DNA of 64,000 nt from Saprospiraceae bacterium (lineage in GTDB: Bacteria; Bacteroidota; Bacteroidia; Chitinophagales; Saprospiraceae): the NCBI GenBank assembly GCA_965223215.1, contig CBDCVZ010000010.1, positions 6,912,453-6,976,452 on the forward strand, given 5' to 3'. The position numbers and the translations under genes were made by a program. Positions within the stretch are counted from its first letter, which is position 1. The number at the start of each line of letters is the position of its first letter. Below, one piece after another: positions 56,354-64,000 of this stretch. Under the pieces are notes generated by a model that worked only from the letters and a program-made list of their open reading frames with translations, made no database searches and was not told the DNA's origin.

Positions 56354-57522
56354 TTTAGCAGTTCATAGATTCCAGCTATCCCTTGTCCACCGCCAATGCA
56401 GGCAGTGACCATTCCGTATTTATTTTCGCGCCTTCTCATCTCGTTAAATAACTGGGTAGATAATTTTGCACCGGTGCATCCGAGCGGGTGCCCAAGAGCG
56501 ATGGCACCCCCGTTGACATTGACAATTTCCGGATCAAGACCGGCTTGTCTAATCACTGCCAGAGATTGTGCTGCAAAGGCCTCGTTCAGTTCAATTAATT
56601 CGATGTCGGATAGTTTTTTTCCAGCTTGGGTTAACGCTTTGGGTATGGCGGCACACGGTCCAATACCCATATACAACGGATCTACCCCGGCCACAGCACA
56701 TGATGCCAATCTGGCAATGGGTTCCAATCCCAAATTTTTCATTAGGGTTTCACTCATGACCAGTGTAAAGGCCGCGCCATCTGAAGTCTGTGAAGAGTTA
56801 CCCGCGGTGACTGAACCACCCTGTGCAAATACCGGTCTTAGTTTTGCTAGGGCTTCTAAAGTGGTTGATCGACGCACGCCTTCATCCGTGTCCACGATCC
56901 AGGAACGCTCTTTTCTTTCGTCATTTTCGACGTAAACTTCCGTTACATCGATGGGCACGATTTCATCAGCAAACTTGCCGCCATCAATGGCCTTGGCCGC
57001 CAAACGATGTGATCGCAGGGCAAACTCGTCTTGGTCAGCTCTAGATATCTCGTACTTTTTAGACACCGCTTCGGCAGTAATACCCATGCTCGCTAAGTAG
57101 GTAGGCGTGTCTTTGGCAACCTCATAATTAGGTGCTAGCTTGTAACCTGTCATGGGGATGAAACTCATGCTTTCGGTACCACCAGCGATGTAGCATTGAC
57201 CCATACCTGCCTTAATTTTGGCCACGGCAATGGAGATCGTCTCCAATCCAGATCCACAGTAGCGATTTACCGTCATGCCAGGTACTTCCTTACCCAGGGC
57301 TCGAACACTGATCATCCGGCCGATTTGCAATCCCTGTTCACCTTCCGGATTTGCACAACCAACAATCACATCATCGACAATTTTTGGATCGAGCTCTGGC
57401 GTATCTTTCAATAAATGATTAATGACATCAATGGCTAGGTCGTCAGATCGATAAAATCGAAAGCCACCTTTATTAGCTTTTCCAACGGCAGAGCGAAATG
57501 CTTTAACTATATATGCGTCCAT
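56350..57522 (-). CDS. fadA: acetyl-CoA C-acyltransferase (thiolase)
   Basis: 390 aa. The active-site Cys context is NRYCGSGLE. NEAFAAQ and GGAIALGHPLGCTG are present, ending CIGGGQG. Confidence 0.92.
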   Translation of the reverse strand: MDAYIVKAFRSAVGKANKGGFRFYRSDDLAIDVINHLLKDTPELDPKIVDDVIVGCANPEGEQGLQIGRMISVRALGKEVPGMTVNRYCGSGLETISIAVAKIKAGMGQCYIAGGTESMSFIPMTGYKLAPNYEVAKDTPTYLASMGITAEAVSKKYEISRADQDEFALRSHRLAAKAIDGGKFADEIVPIDVTEVYVENDERKERSWIVDTDEGVRRSTTLEALAKLRPVFAQGGSVTAGNSSQTSDGAAFTLVMSETLMKNLGLEPIARLASCAVAGVDPLYMGIGPCAAIPKALTQAGKKLSDIELIELNEAFAAQSLAVIRQAGLDPEIVNVNGGAIALGHPLGCTGAKLSTQLFNEMRRRENKYGMVTACIGGGQGIAGIYELLN

Positions 57523-57565
57523 AACTAATTTTTACTTTAAGTATACATTTTAGTAGTAGCAAGGG

Positions 57566-59953
57566 TCAATTGCGTAGTGGCTTGTTTTTTTCCAACATGT
57601 GTTGAATGCGTTCCATCGTTTTTTGTTCACCACAAAGACTCAAGAATGCTTCTCGCTCTAAATCAAGGAGATATTTTTCAGACACTTTGGATTCGCTGGA
57701 TAGATCTCCTCCACAGAGTACCCATGCGATTTTTTTTGCGATAAGAATGTCATGTTCACTGGCATAATTGCCCAGTTGTAAAGAGCTGGCGGCTGCATAT
57801 AATGCACCCAAACCACTTCGGCCCAAGACATACACATCTTGACGTGGAGTCGGGGCAATATAGTTTTCTGCCAGTGTCAAGGCTTTCTTCTTAGCTGCGG
57901 CAATAGCCCGGCTGACATTCATGACTATTTCATCCTTGGCGTTGAGGTACCCGAGGTCAAAAGCTTCTGCGGCCGATGTTGACACGCTGGCCAGTGCGAT
58001 TGTTTTGAATCGCTCAATCAACGTCGGGATTTTGACATCACCTTCAAAGTAGGAATCAGAAGCACGCAGGGCAAATTCTTTAGTTCCACCACCACCCGGC
58101 AGGAGACCAACACCGACTTCCACTAGCCCTACGTAGGATTCTGCAGCAAGCTGAGCACTATCACAATGCATGATCGTCTCACATCCTCCACCAAAGACAT
58201 AACCTTGGGTGGCTGCAACCACGGGTATTTTAGAGTATCGGCAACGCATGGTCGTATCCTGGAATAATTTAACTGCCATGTTCAATTGCTCATATTCCTG
58301 TTGGAAGGCCATCATCCCAATCATCATTAAATTGGCTCCGACCGTAAAATTGGTGGCGTGATTGCCGATTACCAAACCGCGCCAATCGCCATCTTCGGCA
58401 ATCTGGATAGATTCATTGATTCCAGTCAAAATGCCCTCACCAATAGCGTTCATTTTACTCCTAAATTCTAGGCAGAGGATGCCGTCACCGATGTCATGCA
58501 AGGTGACTTCATCATTCTCATAGATGGGAGCTTGGTCTCGATAATTATCCAGGTGGGTAATGTCTTCGGTTCCGGGTATGGGGAGGTACGACTTTGTGAA
58601 TAAATCATAGTATTTCTTGACGCCGTCCTCAATGATGTAAAAATGGTCGTGTCCTGCTTCGAGCATTTCGTTTACCCACGTTGCCACCAATTCTCCATCT
58701 TGCTCAGCAGCTGCTAAGCCTTCTTTGATCCCGATAATATCCCAATATTCGAAGGGGCCGTAGGTCCACGCGTAACCGGCCGTCAAGGCGGTGTCAATGC
58801 TGTGCAGATTGTCGGAAATTTCCGGAATTCTCTTGGACACGTAAGCAAAGAGACCAGCTAAAGACCTTCGAATCAATTCTCCACCCTGATCCTCATGGTT
58901 AAAGAGGGCCTTGACTCGACGTTTGGGATCATCAATTTGTTTTGAGAGGGCAAGACTTTTTAGATTGGTACGAGTCGGCTCAACATACTCCAATTTTTTT
59001 AGATCGAGGGATAGGATTATTGCCTTGCCATTTTCGTCTCGTTGTTTCGTTTTTTTGTAAAAACCCTGGCCCGACTTATTGCCATAGAACTTGTTTTCAA
59101 TTAAAAAATCAAAAAACTTGGTGCCCTTCAATTTCTGAATTTGGTCATCGTCTTTACAGTGCTCGATCAACCCTTGGGTGACCTTTGCAGAAGTGTCATG
59201 TCCCACCAGGTCACCTAACCTAAAGGTGCCGGTTTTGGGTCGTGCCAGGGCTGGGCCCGTTAATTTGTCAATCTCATTGATGCTTAAATCCAACTGATCG
59301 GCCAGCTCGTAAATCTTGCTCATGGCATACACACCGACTCGATTTCCGATGAATCCGGGCGTGTCTTTACACAGCACGGTAGCTTTGCCCAGGAATACGT
59401 CTCCAAAATGCTTTAGGAAATCGACCACCTCTGGTGAGGTTTCTTGGGTAGGAATAATTTCCAACAAACGCAGATATCTGGGTGGGTTGAAAAAGTGGGT
59501 GCCACAAAAATGTTGGCGAAAGTCTTCACTCCGACCCTCAGCCATTAAATGAATGGGAATTCCCGAGGTGTTCGAACTAACCAGCGAGCCAGGCCTACGG
59601 TGCTCATCGACCTTTTCGAATATTTGTCGCTTGATATCTAGGCGTTCAATAACCACTTCAATCACCCAATCACAATCGGCGATCTTTTCGAAATCATCAT
59701 CAAAATTGCCTGTGGAGATGCGTTTTGCATACGTCTTCTTATAGAGAGGTGCAGGCCTACTGCCAATGGCTTTCTTCAGAGATTCGTTGACGAGGCGGTT
59801 CCTCAGAGCCGTGTTTGCCTTTTGCTCTTCGGTAAGATCAAAGGGGACAATGTCTAGTAAAAGCACCTCAATGCCGATGTTGGCAAGGTGGCAGGCGATG
59901 CCTGATCCCATGATGCCGGATCCCAGTACGGCTACTTTTTTTATATGTCGCAT
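57566..59953 (-). CDS. bifunctional 3-hydroxyacyl-CoA dehydrogenase / enoyl-CoA hydratase (HADH domain N-terminal, crotonase C-terminal)
   Basis: About 795 aa from the internal Met MRHIKKVAVLGSGIMGSGIA (NAD Rossmann). The C-terminal crotonase fold has GYVFGGGCE. It lies directly upstream of the thiolase. Confidence 0.9.
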   Translation of the reverse strand: MRHIKKVAVLGSGIMGSGIACHLANIGIEVLLLDIVPFDLTEEQKANTALRNRLVNESLKKAIGSRPAPLYKKTYAKRISTGNFDDDFEKIADCDWVIEVVIERLDIKRQIFEKVDEHRRPGSLVSSNTSGIPIHLMAEGRSEDFRQHFCGTHFFNPPRYLRLLEIIPTQETSPEVVDFLKHFGDVFLGKATVLCKDTPGFIGNRVGVYAMSKIYELADQLDLSINEIDKLTGPALARPKTGTFRLGDLVGHDTSAKVTQGLIEHCKDDDQIQKLKGTKFFDFLIENKFYGNKSGQGFYKKTKQRDENGKAIILSLDLKKLEYVEPTRTNLKSLALSKQIDDPKRRVKALFNHEDQGGELIRRSLAGLFAYVSKRIPEISDNLHSIDTALTAGYAWTYGPFEYWDIIGIKEGLAAAEQDGELVATWVNEMLEAGHDHFYIIEDGVKKYYDLFTKSYLPIPGTEDITHLDNYRDQAPIYENDEVTLHDIGDGILCLEFRSKMNAIGEGILTGINESIQIAEDGDWRGLVIGNHATNFTVGANLMMIGMMAFQQEYEQLNMAVKLFQDTTMRCRYSKIPVVAATQGYVFGGGCETIMHCDSAQLAAESYVGLVEVGVGLLPGGGGTKEFALRASDSYFEGDVKIPTLIERFKTIALASVSTSAAEAFDLGYLNAKDEIVMNVSRAIAAAKKKALTLAENYIAPTPRQDVYVLGRSGLGALYAAASSLQLGNYASEHDILIAKKIAWVLCGGDLSSESKVSEKYLLDLEREAFLSLCGEQKTMERIQHMLEKNKPLRN

Positions 59954-60033
59954 ACAGAAGTTTAAATTTGACTTAAAGTTAGGTAAAATACCTATCTGAT
60001 TTGGTAATACAGATAGCAAAACTAATCCAGGCC

Positions 60034-60064
60034 AAGATAAATTGACTTTAAGTCAATTTATCTT
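60034..60064. promoter_or_regulatory. perfect 31-nt palindrome, candidate operator of the fadB-fadA operon
   Basis: aagataaattgactt-t-aagtcaatttatctt lies 81-111 nt upstream of the fadB-like start. A TAnnTTTG-type -7 box (reverse complement of caaaacta, 60017-60024) lies 10 nt downstream in gene orientation. A related half-site, aaatttgacttaaagtt, is at 59964-59980. Confidence 0.5.
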
Positions 60065-60504
60065 CAGGCAATGTGACCCTAGAGAGAAGATTTTTGCTAA
60101 TAAAATCAAAATGCGTCCTAAAATATATAATAAAACGAGCTTGAAAGGCATTACTACATCAGATTTCCAGCGCACTATCGAGAAAAACTTACCCATCTAT
60201 TAAGTTTGACGTATTAGTCTCTGTTTCATGTATAAGGATATGAGCTATAAGCGTATAAGTGTCGGAAATGATCTTTTACGAGCTTTGAGTTAAGAATAAC
60301 ATTGAGGCGATCATGCTTGACCGCAATGAACCGTCAACTCTGGTAGCTCCAACCCAGTGTACTCCGATCCTGGCCGGTGGAATTGGAAGATTTGTCAAAC
60401 TTTGGATGAAAATTTAATATTAAAGATTATTATCATATATATTTGGCAAGGATATTGCTAGTTAATTATTACGATTTTTTATAATATGTTAAACAGTAAG
60501 TACC

Positions 60505-61191
60505 ATGCAGGCTAAATTGTTATTCCTTCAAGCATCCACTGACTTGGAACCAGAATTGCACTCACAGAGCTTTTTTGACTTGATCAGTAAGGGCGGACCA
60601 TTGGGGATTATCATTGTGGGTATTTTAATCTTACTCTCCATCATTGCCTTCTACATTTTCGTAGAACGCTGGTTGACCATTAAGAAAGCGGGAAGAGTCG
60701 ACCAAAACTTCATGAATAATATTCGCGCGAGTGTGCAGGCAGGAAATATCCCATCGGCCAAGGCCTTGTGCCAAAACACCAATTCACCCTCATCGCGCAT
60801 GATCGAGAAGGGACTACAACGCATTGGCAAACCCTTGCGAGATATCGATGCTGCCATCGAAAATGTCGGAAACTTGGAGTTGTTCAAGCTGGAAAAAAAC
60901 TTATCCAGTTTAGCCAGCATAGCCGGGGCAGCACCCATGATTGGTTTTTTCGGTACAGTTACAGGAATGATCCTGGCTTTTTACAAAATGGCTACCGAGC
61001 AAAATGTGACACCAGATGTATTGGCTGGAGGCATCTATCAGGCGTTGATAACCACTGCATTTGGCCTCTTTATCGGTATTCTGGCCTTCGTTGGGTATAA
61101 TGTCTTGGTTGCCAATGTGGAAAAGGTCGTCTACAAAATGGAGGCCACTACCGTTGAGTTTATGGACTTGTTACAAGAACCAGCCGGTTAG
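60505..61191 (+). CDS. exbB: MotA/TolQ/ExbB proton-channel family protein
   Basis: 228 aa with 3 TM helices. The motif AGAAPMIGFFGTVTGMI is typical of ExbB/TolQ. Confidence 0.85.
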   Translation: MQAKLLFLQASTDLEPELHSQSFFDLISKGGPLGIIIVGILILLSIIAFYIFVERWLTIKKAGRVDQNFMNNIRASVQAGNIPSAKALCQNTNSPSSRMIEKGLQRIGKPLRDIDAAIENVGNLELFKLEKNLSSLASIAGAAPMIGFFGTVTGMILAFYKMATEQNVTPDVLAGGIYQALITTAFGLFIGILAFVGYNVLVANVEKVVYKMEATTVEFMDLLQEPAG

Positions 61192-61214
61192 CACGGCAAT
61201 TAAATCGCAATAAA

Positions 61215-61622
61215 ATGGCTTTGAAAAAGAGAAATAAGATCAGCGCAGAATTTAGTATGTCTTCGTTAACCGACATCATTTTCTTACTACTTATCTTCTT
61301 TATGCTGACCTCTACGTTAGTCAGTCAAAATGCGCTAAATCTAAAGTTGCCCAGCAGTACCTCGAAAACCGTGGCTCCACAATCTATTGCCATCTCCATT
61401 GAGAAGGAAGGTCGGTTTTATTATAATGGCAAGCGTATGAGTGCGCCAAATGTCGAAAAGAATGTACGTTCTGCGGTGAGATCATCAAGCAACCGTGACA
61501 ACGTCACCCTCAGCATTGTTTCTGAGCGAGGTACGCCCATTGAATATGTGGTGCAAATAATGGACATGGCCAATCGATTGAAGGTCCAGGCGATTTTGGC
61601 CACCGAACCCATCAAATCATAA
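61215..61622 (+). CDS. exbD: ExbD/TolR family biopolymer transport protein
   Basis: 135 aa. The N-terminal SLTDIIFLLLIFFMLTS motif is followed by a periplasmic domain. Confidence 0.85.
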   Translation: MALKKRNKISAEFSMSSLTDIIFLLLIFFMLTSTLVSQNALNLKLPSSTSKTVAPQSIAISIEKEGRFYYNGKRMSAPNVEKNVRSAVRSSSNRDNVTLSIVSERGTPIEYVVQIMDMANRLKVQAILATEPIKS

Positions 61623-61684
61623 ATCTTAACTTTTTCTTAGATCAGTAGACCCTCACTTGATCGTTTTCAAAGAAAGCCTGAATT

Positions 61685-62638
61685 ATGGAAGATACCAATG
61701 CAAATAAAGCGGACCGGCGAAAAGGGTGGGTAACGAGTTTTGCAGTGCACGCTGTGCTACTATTATTGGCCCTTCTACCTTTTATGGAATTTCAGGTGCC
61801 ACCGCCGGGGCAACAGGGAGTATTGGTCAGCTTTGGTGCTCCAGATATGGGAAGCGGAGATGATCGACCAGATACCCAACAAGAAGAGGAGGTGGAGCCA
61901 GAGCCACCTGCCGAGGAGCAGGTAGAAGAGGTTGTCGAGGAAGAGCAGGTAGAGGAAGTTGTGGAAGAAACAGCTCCACCGACGGAGCCTCAAGTCAGTG
62001 AGCCAGAACCACAACCAGATATCCCTGAAGAGGTGGTTACTCAGGAAGATCCGAATGTGGTGGCCATGAAAAAGAAAAGAGAAGAGGAAGAGGCCAAGAA
62101 AAAACTCGAGGAAGCTGCCGAGAAGAAGAAGCTCGAAGAAGAGCGGATGAAAGCCGAAGCTGAGGCCGAAGCCAAGCGAAAAGCAGAGGCAGAGGCGAAA
62201 GCCAAGGCTGAAGCAGAAGCCAAGAAAAAGGCCGAATATGAAGCTGCCAAGAAACAGTTTGGTGATTCATTTGGAGAGGGAAAAGGTAAAACCGACAAGC
62301 CGGGCAACCAGGGAGATCCCGATGGCGATCCCGACGCGAGCCGACTAGATGGCATAAGCACCGGATCTGGGGTGGTCGGTGGTGGACTCGGTAATCGCGG
62401 AGTCGTTTTCGAACCCAAGATTTCTGACAATTCGCAAAAGAGGGGAAGGGTAGTCGTCAAGGTCTGCGTGAATCGGAAAGGCGAAGTCGTCAGTGCCGAC
62501 TATACCCAGAAAGGGTCGACGACTGCCGATTCAGAATTGCGTGCCATTGCTATTCGCAATGCCAAGCGCTTTAAGTTTTCTAAGAGTGGAGTTGACAAGC
62601 AGTGCGGTACCATCACCATTGATTTTAAGGTGAGGTAA
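61685..62638 (+). CDS. tonB: energy transducer TonB-like protein
   Basis: 317 aa. An N-terminal TM helix is followed by a Glu/Pro-rich then Lys/Ala/Glu-rich linker and a C-terminal TonB_C-like domain (GRVVVKVCVNRKGEVVSA...). It follows exbB-exbD. Confidence 0.75.
   Translation: MEDTNANKADRRKGWVTSFAVHAVLLLLALLPFMEFQVPPPGQQGVLVSFGAPDMGSGDDRPDTQQEEEVEPEPPAEEQVEEVVEEEQVEEVVEETAPPTEPQVSEPEPQPDIPEEVVTQEDPNVVAMKKKREEEEAKKKLEEAAEKKKLEEERMKAEAEAEAKRKAEAEAKAKAEAEAKKKAEYEAAKKQFGDSFGEGKGKTDKPGNQGDPDGDPDASRLDGISTGSGVVGGGLGNRGVVFEPKISDNSQKRGRVVVKVCVNRKGEVVSADYTQKGSTTADSELRAIAIRNAKRFKFSKSGVDKQCGTITIDFKVR
61913..61969 (+). repeat. tandem ~27-nt coding repeat in the TonB linker (EEQVEEVVE x2)
   Basis: gaggagcaggtagaagaggttgtc gaggaagagcaggtagaggaagttgtg; an imperfect tandem duplication. 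Confidence 0.6.
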
Positions 62639-62836
62639 TGATGGAATGCATGGAGTAAGGAAATCGAAAAATGCCTGTGATCTCGGCAAACTTCAGAATC
62701 CAGGTCCCCGGAGTACAACAAATTCACTCGAGTTTGATCAATATCTCCTGCCAGCCTCAGAAAAAGGGCAAGGTCACACAATTTGAAGGCAGGTTAGCGG
62801 GATAGAAAGTTCGTTGCACAGTCGTCCGCCATCCAA

Positions 62837-63742
62837 TCAATAATTCTTGGGTTGAACAATGGTGAAAACCCGGGAAATATTAAATCCGAAGTGGATGTCA
62901 CCTTGCCCCCAATCACCGGTGTTCTCGGCAATAAAGCCCTTTTCAATCATCGAAGTAGAATTGGTGAAATGTAGTTGGAAAACATGCCCTCCCGTCTCAA
63001 TGTCAAATCCAATCGAAAAGGAGTTTTTGAAGGTATCATCAATCTGGTTTGGAATGAGATATATGTACTCCATGTTGATGGACAATCTCCTAGATAATTT
63101 ATATCTCCCTCCCAGGCCAATGGCGTAAACATCGTTGGATTGATCCGTATTACGTACGAGATTTCTATGTACGAGTGAAGGAACTATCTGTAAAGAGAAA
63201 TTCTCATTAAATTTCCTTCCTATCAAGAGTTGATAGCTGTAGAAAAGACGATCTGTAAAGGAATACTCAATATTGGGGTCAAAACTCTTTGCTGTTCGCA
63301 CCGCAGAGGTGAGAAGAAACGCAGCGGTTATGGGCATCTTACGACTTCCTTCAGATTGCCGAATGAATTTATATTTAAGAAACCCATCGTAGGTCTTATC
63401 GAGAGAGCTTCTACCAATGCCGATGGTTAGCAGATCACTCAGTCCGTAGTCTAATCCCAGACGGATGGTTGCATCATCAAGCCCGAAAAAATCACTGATA
63501 CCCGTATTTATGAATCCAAAGCGGTGAGAAATTTTGAAATCCAATACACCAAAAGGTGTGTTTTCCAGTGAATGTAGATTTATGATTCGATTTGTCTTGA
63601 AGCTGGCACTAACGTATTGAGGTCGATCTTCCTCTTCATCCAACAGGCTCAGTAGATCCTCCTGAGCCGTGCAAATGCCCGACCACAGGAAAAGAGCGAA
63701 GATCGTGCAACGGACACATGGATTAATTCTAAATCTCATCAT
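62837..63742 (-). CDS. DUF5777-like outer-membrane beta-barrel protein
   Basis: 301 aa with a signal peptide ending CTAQ, an acidic LLSLLDEEE segment and alternating beta-strands. It lies directly downstream of a YceI-like gene, a pairing common in Bacteroidota. Confidence 0.55.
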   Translation of the reverse strand: MMRFRINPCVRCTIFALFLWSGICTAQEDLLSLLDEEEDRPQYVSASFKTNRIINLHSLENTPFGVLDFKISHRFGFINTGISDFFGLDDATIRLGLDYGLSDLLTIGIGRSSLDKTYDGFLKYKFIRQSEGSRKMPITAAFLLTSAVRTAKSFDPNIEYSFTDRLFYSYQLLIGRKFNENFSLQIVPSLVHRNLVRNTDQSNDVYAIGLGGRYKLSRRLSINMEYIYLIPNQIDDTFKNSFSIGFDIETGGHVFQLHFTNSTSMIEKGFIAENTGDWGQGDIHFGFNISRVFTIVQPKNY

Positions 63743-63745
63743 GGT

Positions 63746-64000
63746 TTATTTTGTATCCATTGAAACATATTTTACATCCACCTGCACCTCGACCACTTCA
63801 GCGATCTTTTTGCTAACCAGTTTTGGAATTTCAATGTCATAGTCAGCAATTGAAAGTGAAAAGGTAGTCGAACCAGTGATTGACCCATCATCAACTTGGA
63901 AGATTCCCGGAATTCTAATTTCGTTAGTCACGCCATGAATTGTTAGTGCACCTGATATTTCGATTTGAAAACTATCGGATTGAGTAAGATCATTGCGGGT
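63746..64000 (-). CDS. YceI-like domain protein, C-terminal part (5' end outside window)
   Basis: The minus-strand frame stays open to the window edge: ...IEISGALTIHGVTNEIRIPG...VEVQVDVKYV. G.LTIHGVT is the YceI family core motif. Confidence 0.65.
   Translation of the reverse strand, partial: TRNDLTQSDSFQIEISGALTIHGVTNEIRIPGIFQVDDGSITGSTTFSLSIADYDIEIPKLVSKKIAEVVEVQVDVKYVSMDTK

Noticed and set aside
56396-56935. A 179-aa plus-strand ORF inside the thiolase gene, plus several 60-80-aa ORFs opposite fadB.
   Set aside because: They are antisense to genes with unambiguous catalytic motifs and have no motifs of their own.

Overview
This 64-kb chromosomal segment has the gene content of a Bacteroidota genome. 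Markers include a T9SS type-A C-terminal sorting-domain cargo protein, a gldA/F/G-like ABC transporter, an ECF sigma/FecR/TonB-dependent receptor set, DUF1573/DUF4199/DUF5777 families, a reversed-domain-order FadB, and SDR-type Tdh with Kbl. GC looks mid-40s percent by eye. There are about 60 densely packed protein genes, mostly housekeeping: the tail of a caa3-type cytochrome oxidase cluster, a Na+/solute symporter with a PIG-L deacetylase, lysC, an HtrA-like protease, hsp20, tdh-kbl, gldAFG-DUF4340, a GH29 fucosidase, a PolX-like protein, a UbiA-like prenyltransferase, rdgB, ilvE, groES-groEL, secG, an lptE-like gene, a sigma-54 activator, miaB, aroE, proline dehydrogenase, fadB/fadA and exbB-exbD-tonB. 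I saw no rRNA, tRNA, CRISPR array, prophage or recognisable defence system. Six things stand out. (i) A 5.4-kb gene encodes a 1793-aa Cys/Trp/Asp-rich T9SS-secreted protein. Its first ~4.07 kb has a synonymous-codon signature (ACG/GCG/TCG/GTA/ATA) unlike the rest of the window, and this switches abruptly near nt 38715 to window-typical usage in the dockerin/cohesin/CTD tail. (ii) An intact IS630-family element (9892-11006) sits, with a TA(G) flanking duplication, between the HtrA-like gene and its terminator hairpin. (iii) A gene-decay zone (40647-41229) holds an internally deleted groEL fragment about 2 kb from the intact groEL, plus a frameshifted TPR-type C-terminal remnant. (iv) Two ECF sigma modules have unusual partners: a 152-aa HExxH/Met-turn lipoprotein between sigma and FecR, and an anti-sigma-like protein fused to a beta-barrel-like domain. 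(v) A PolX-like protein has its polymerase Asp-x-Asp replaced by Lys-x-Glu. (vi) A perfect 31-nt palindrome lies upstream of fadBA, and a 14/16 shared quasi-palindrome lies upstream of both hsp20 and groES. All functional calls come from motif recognition by eye on the supplied translations; no database search or computation was possible.
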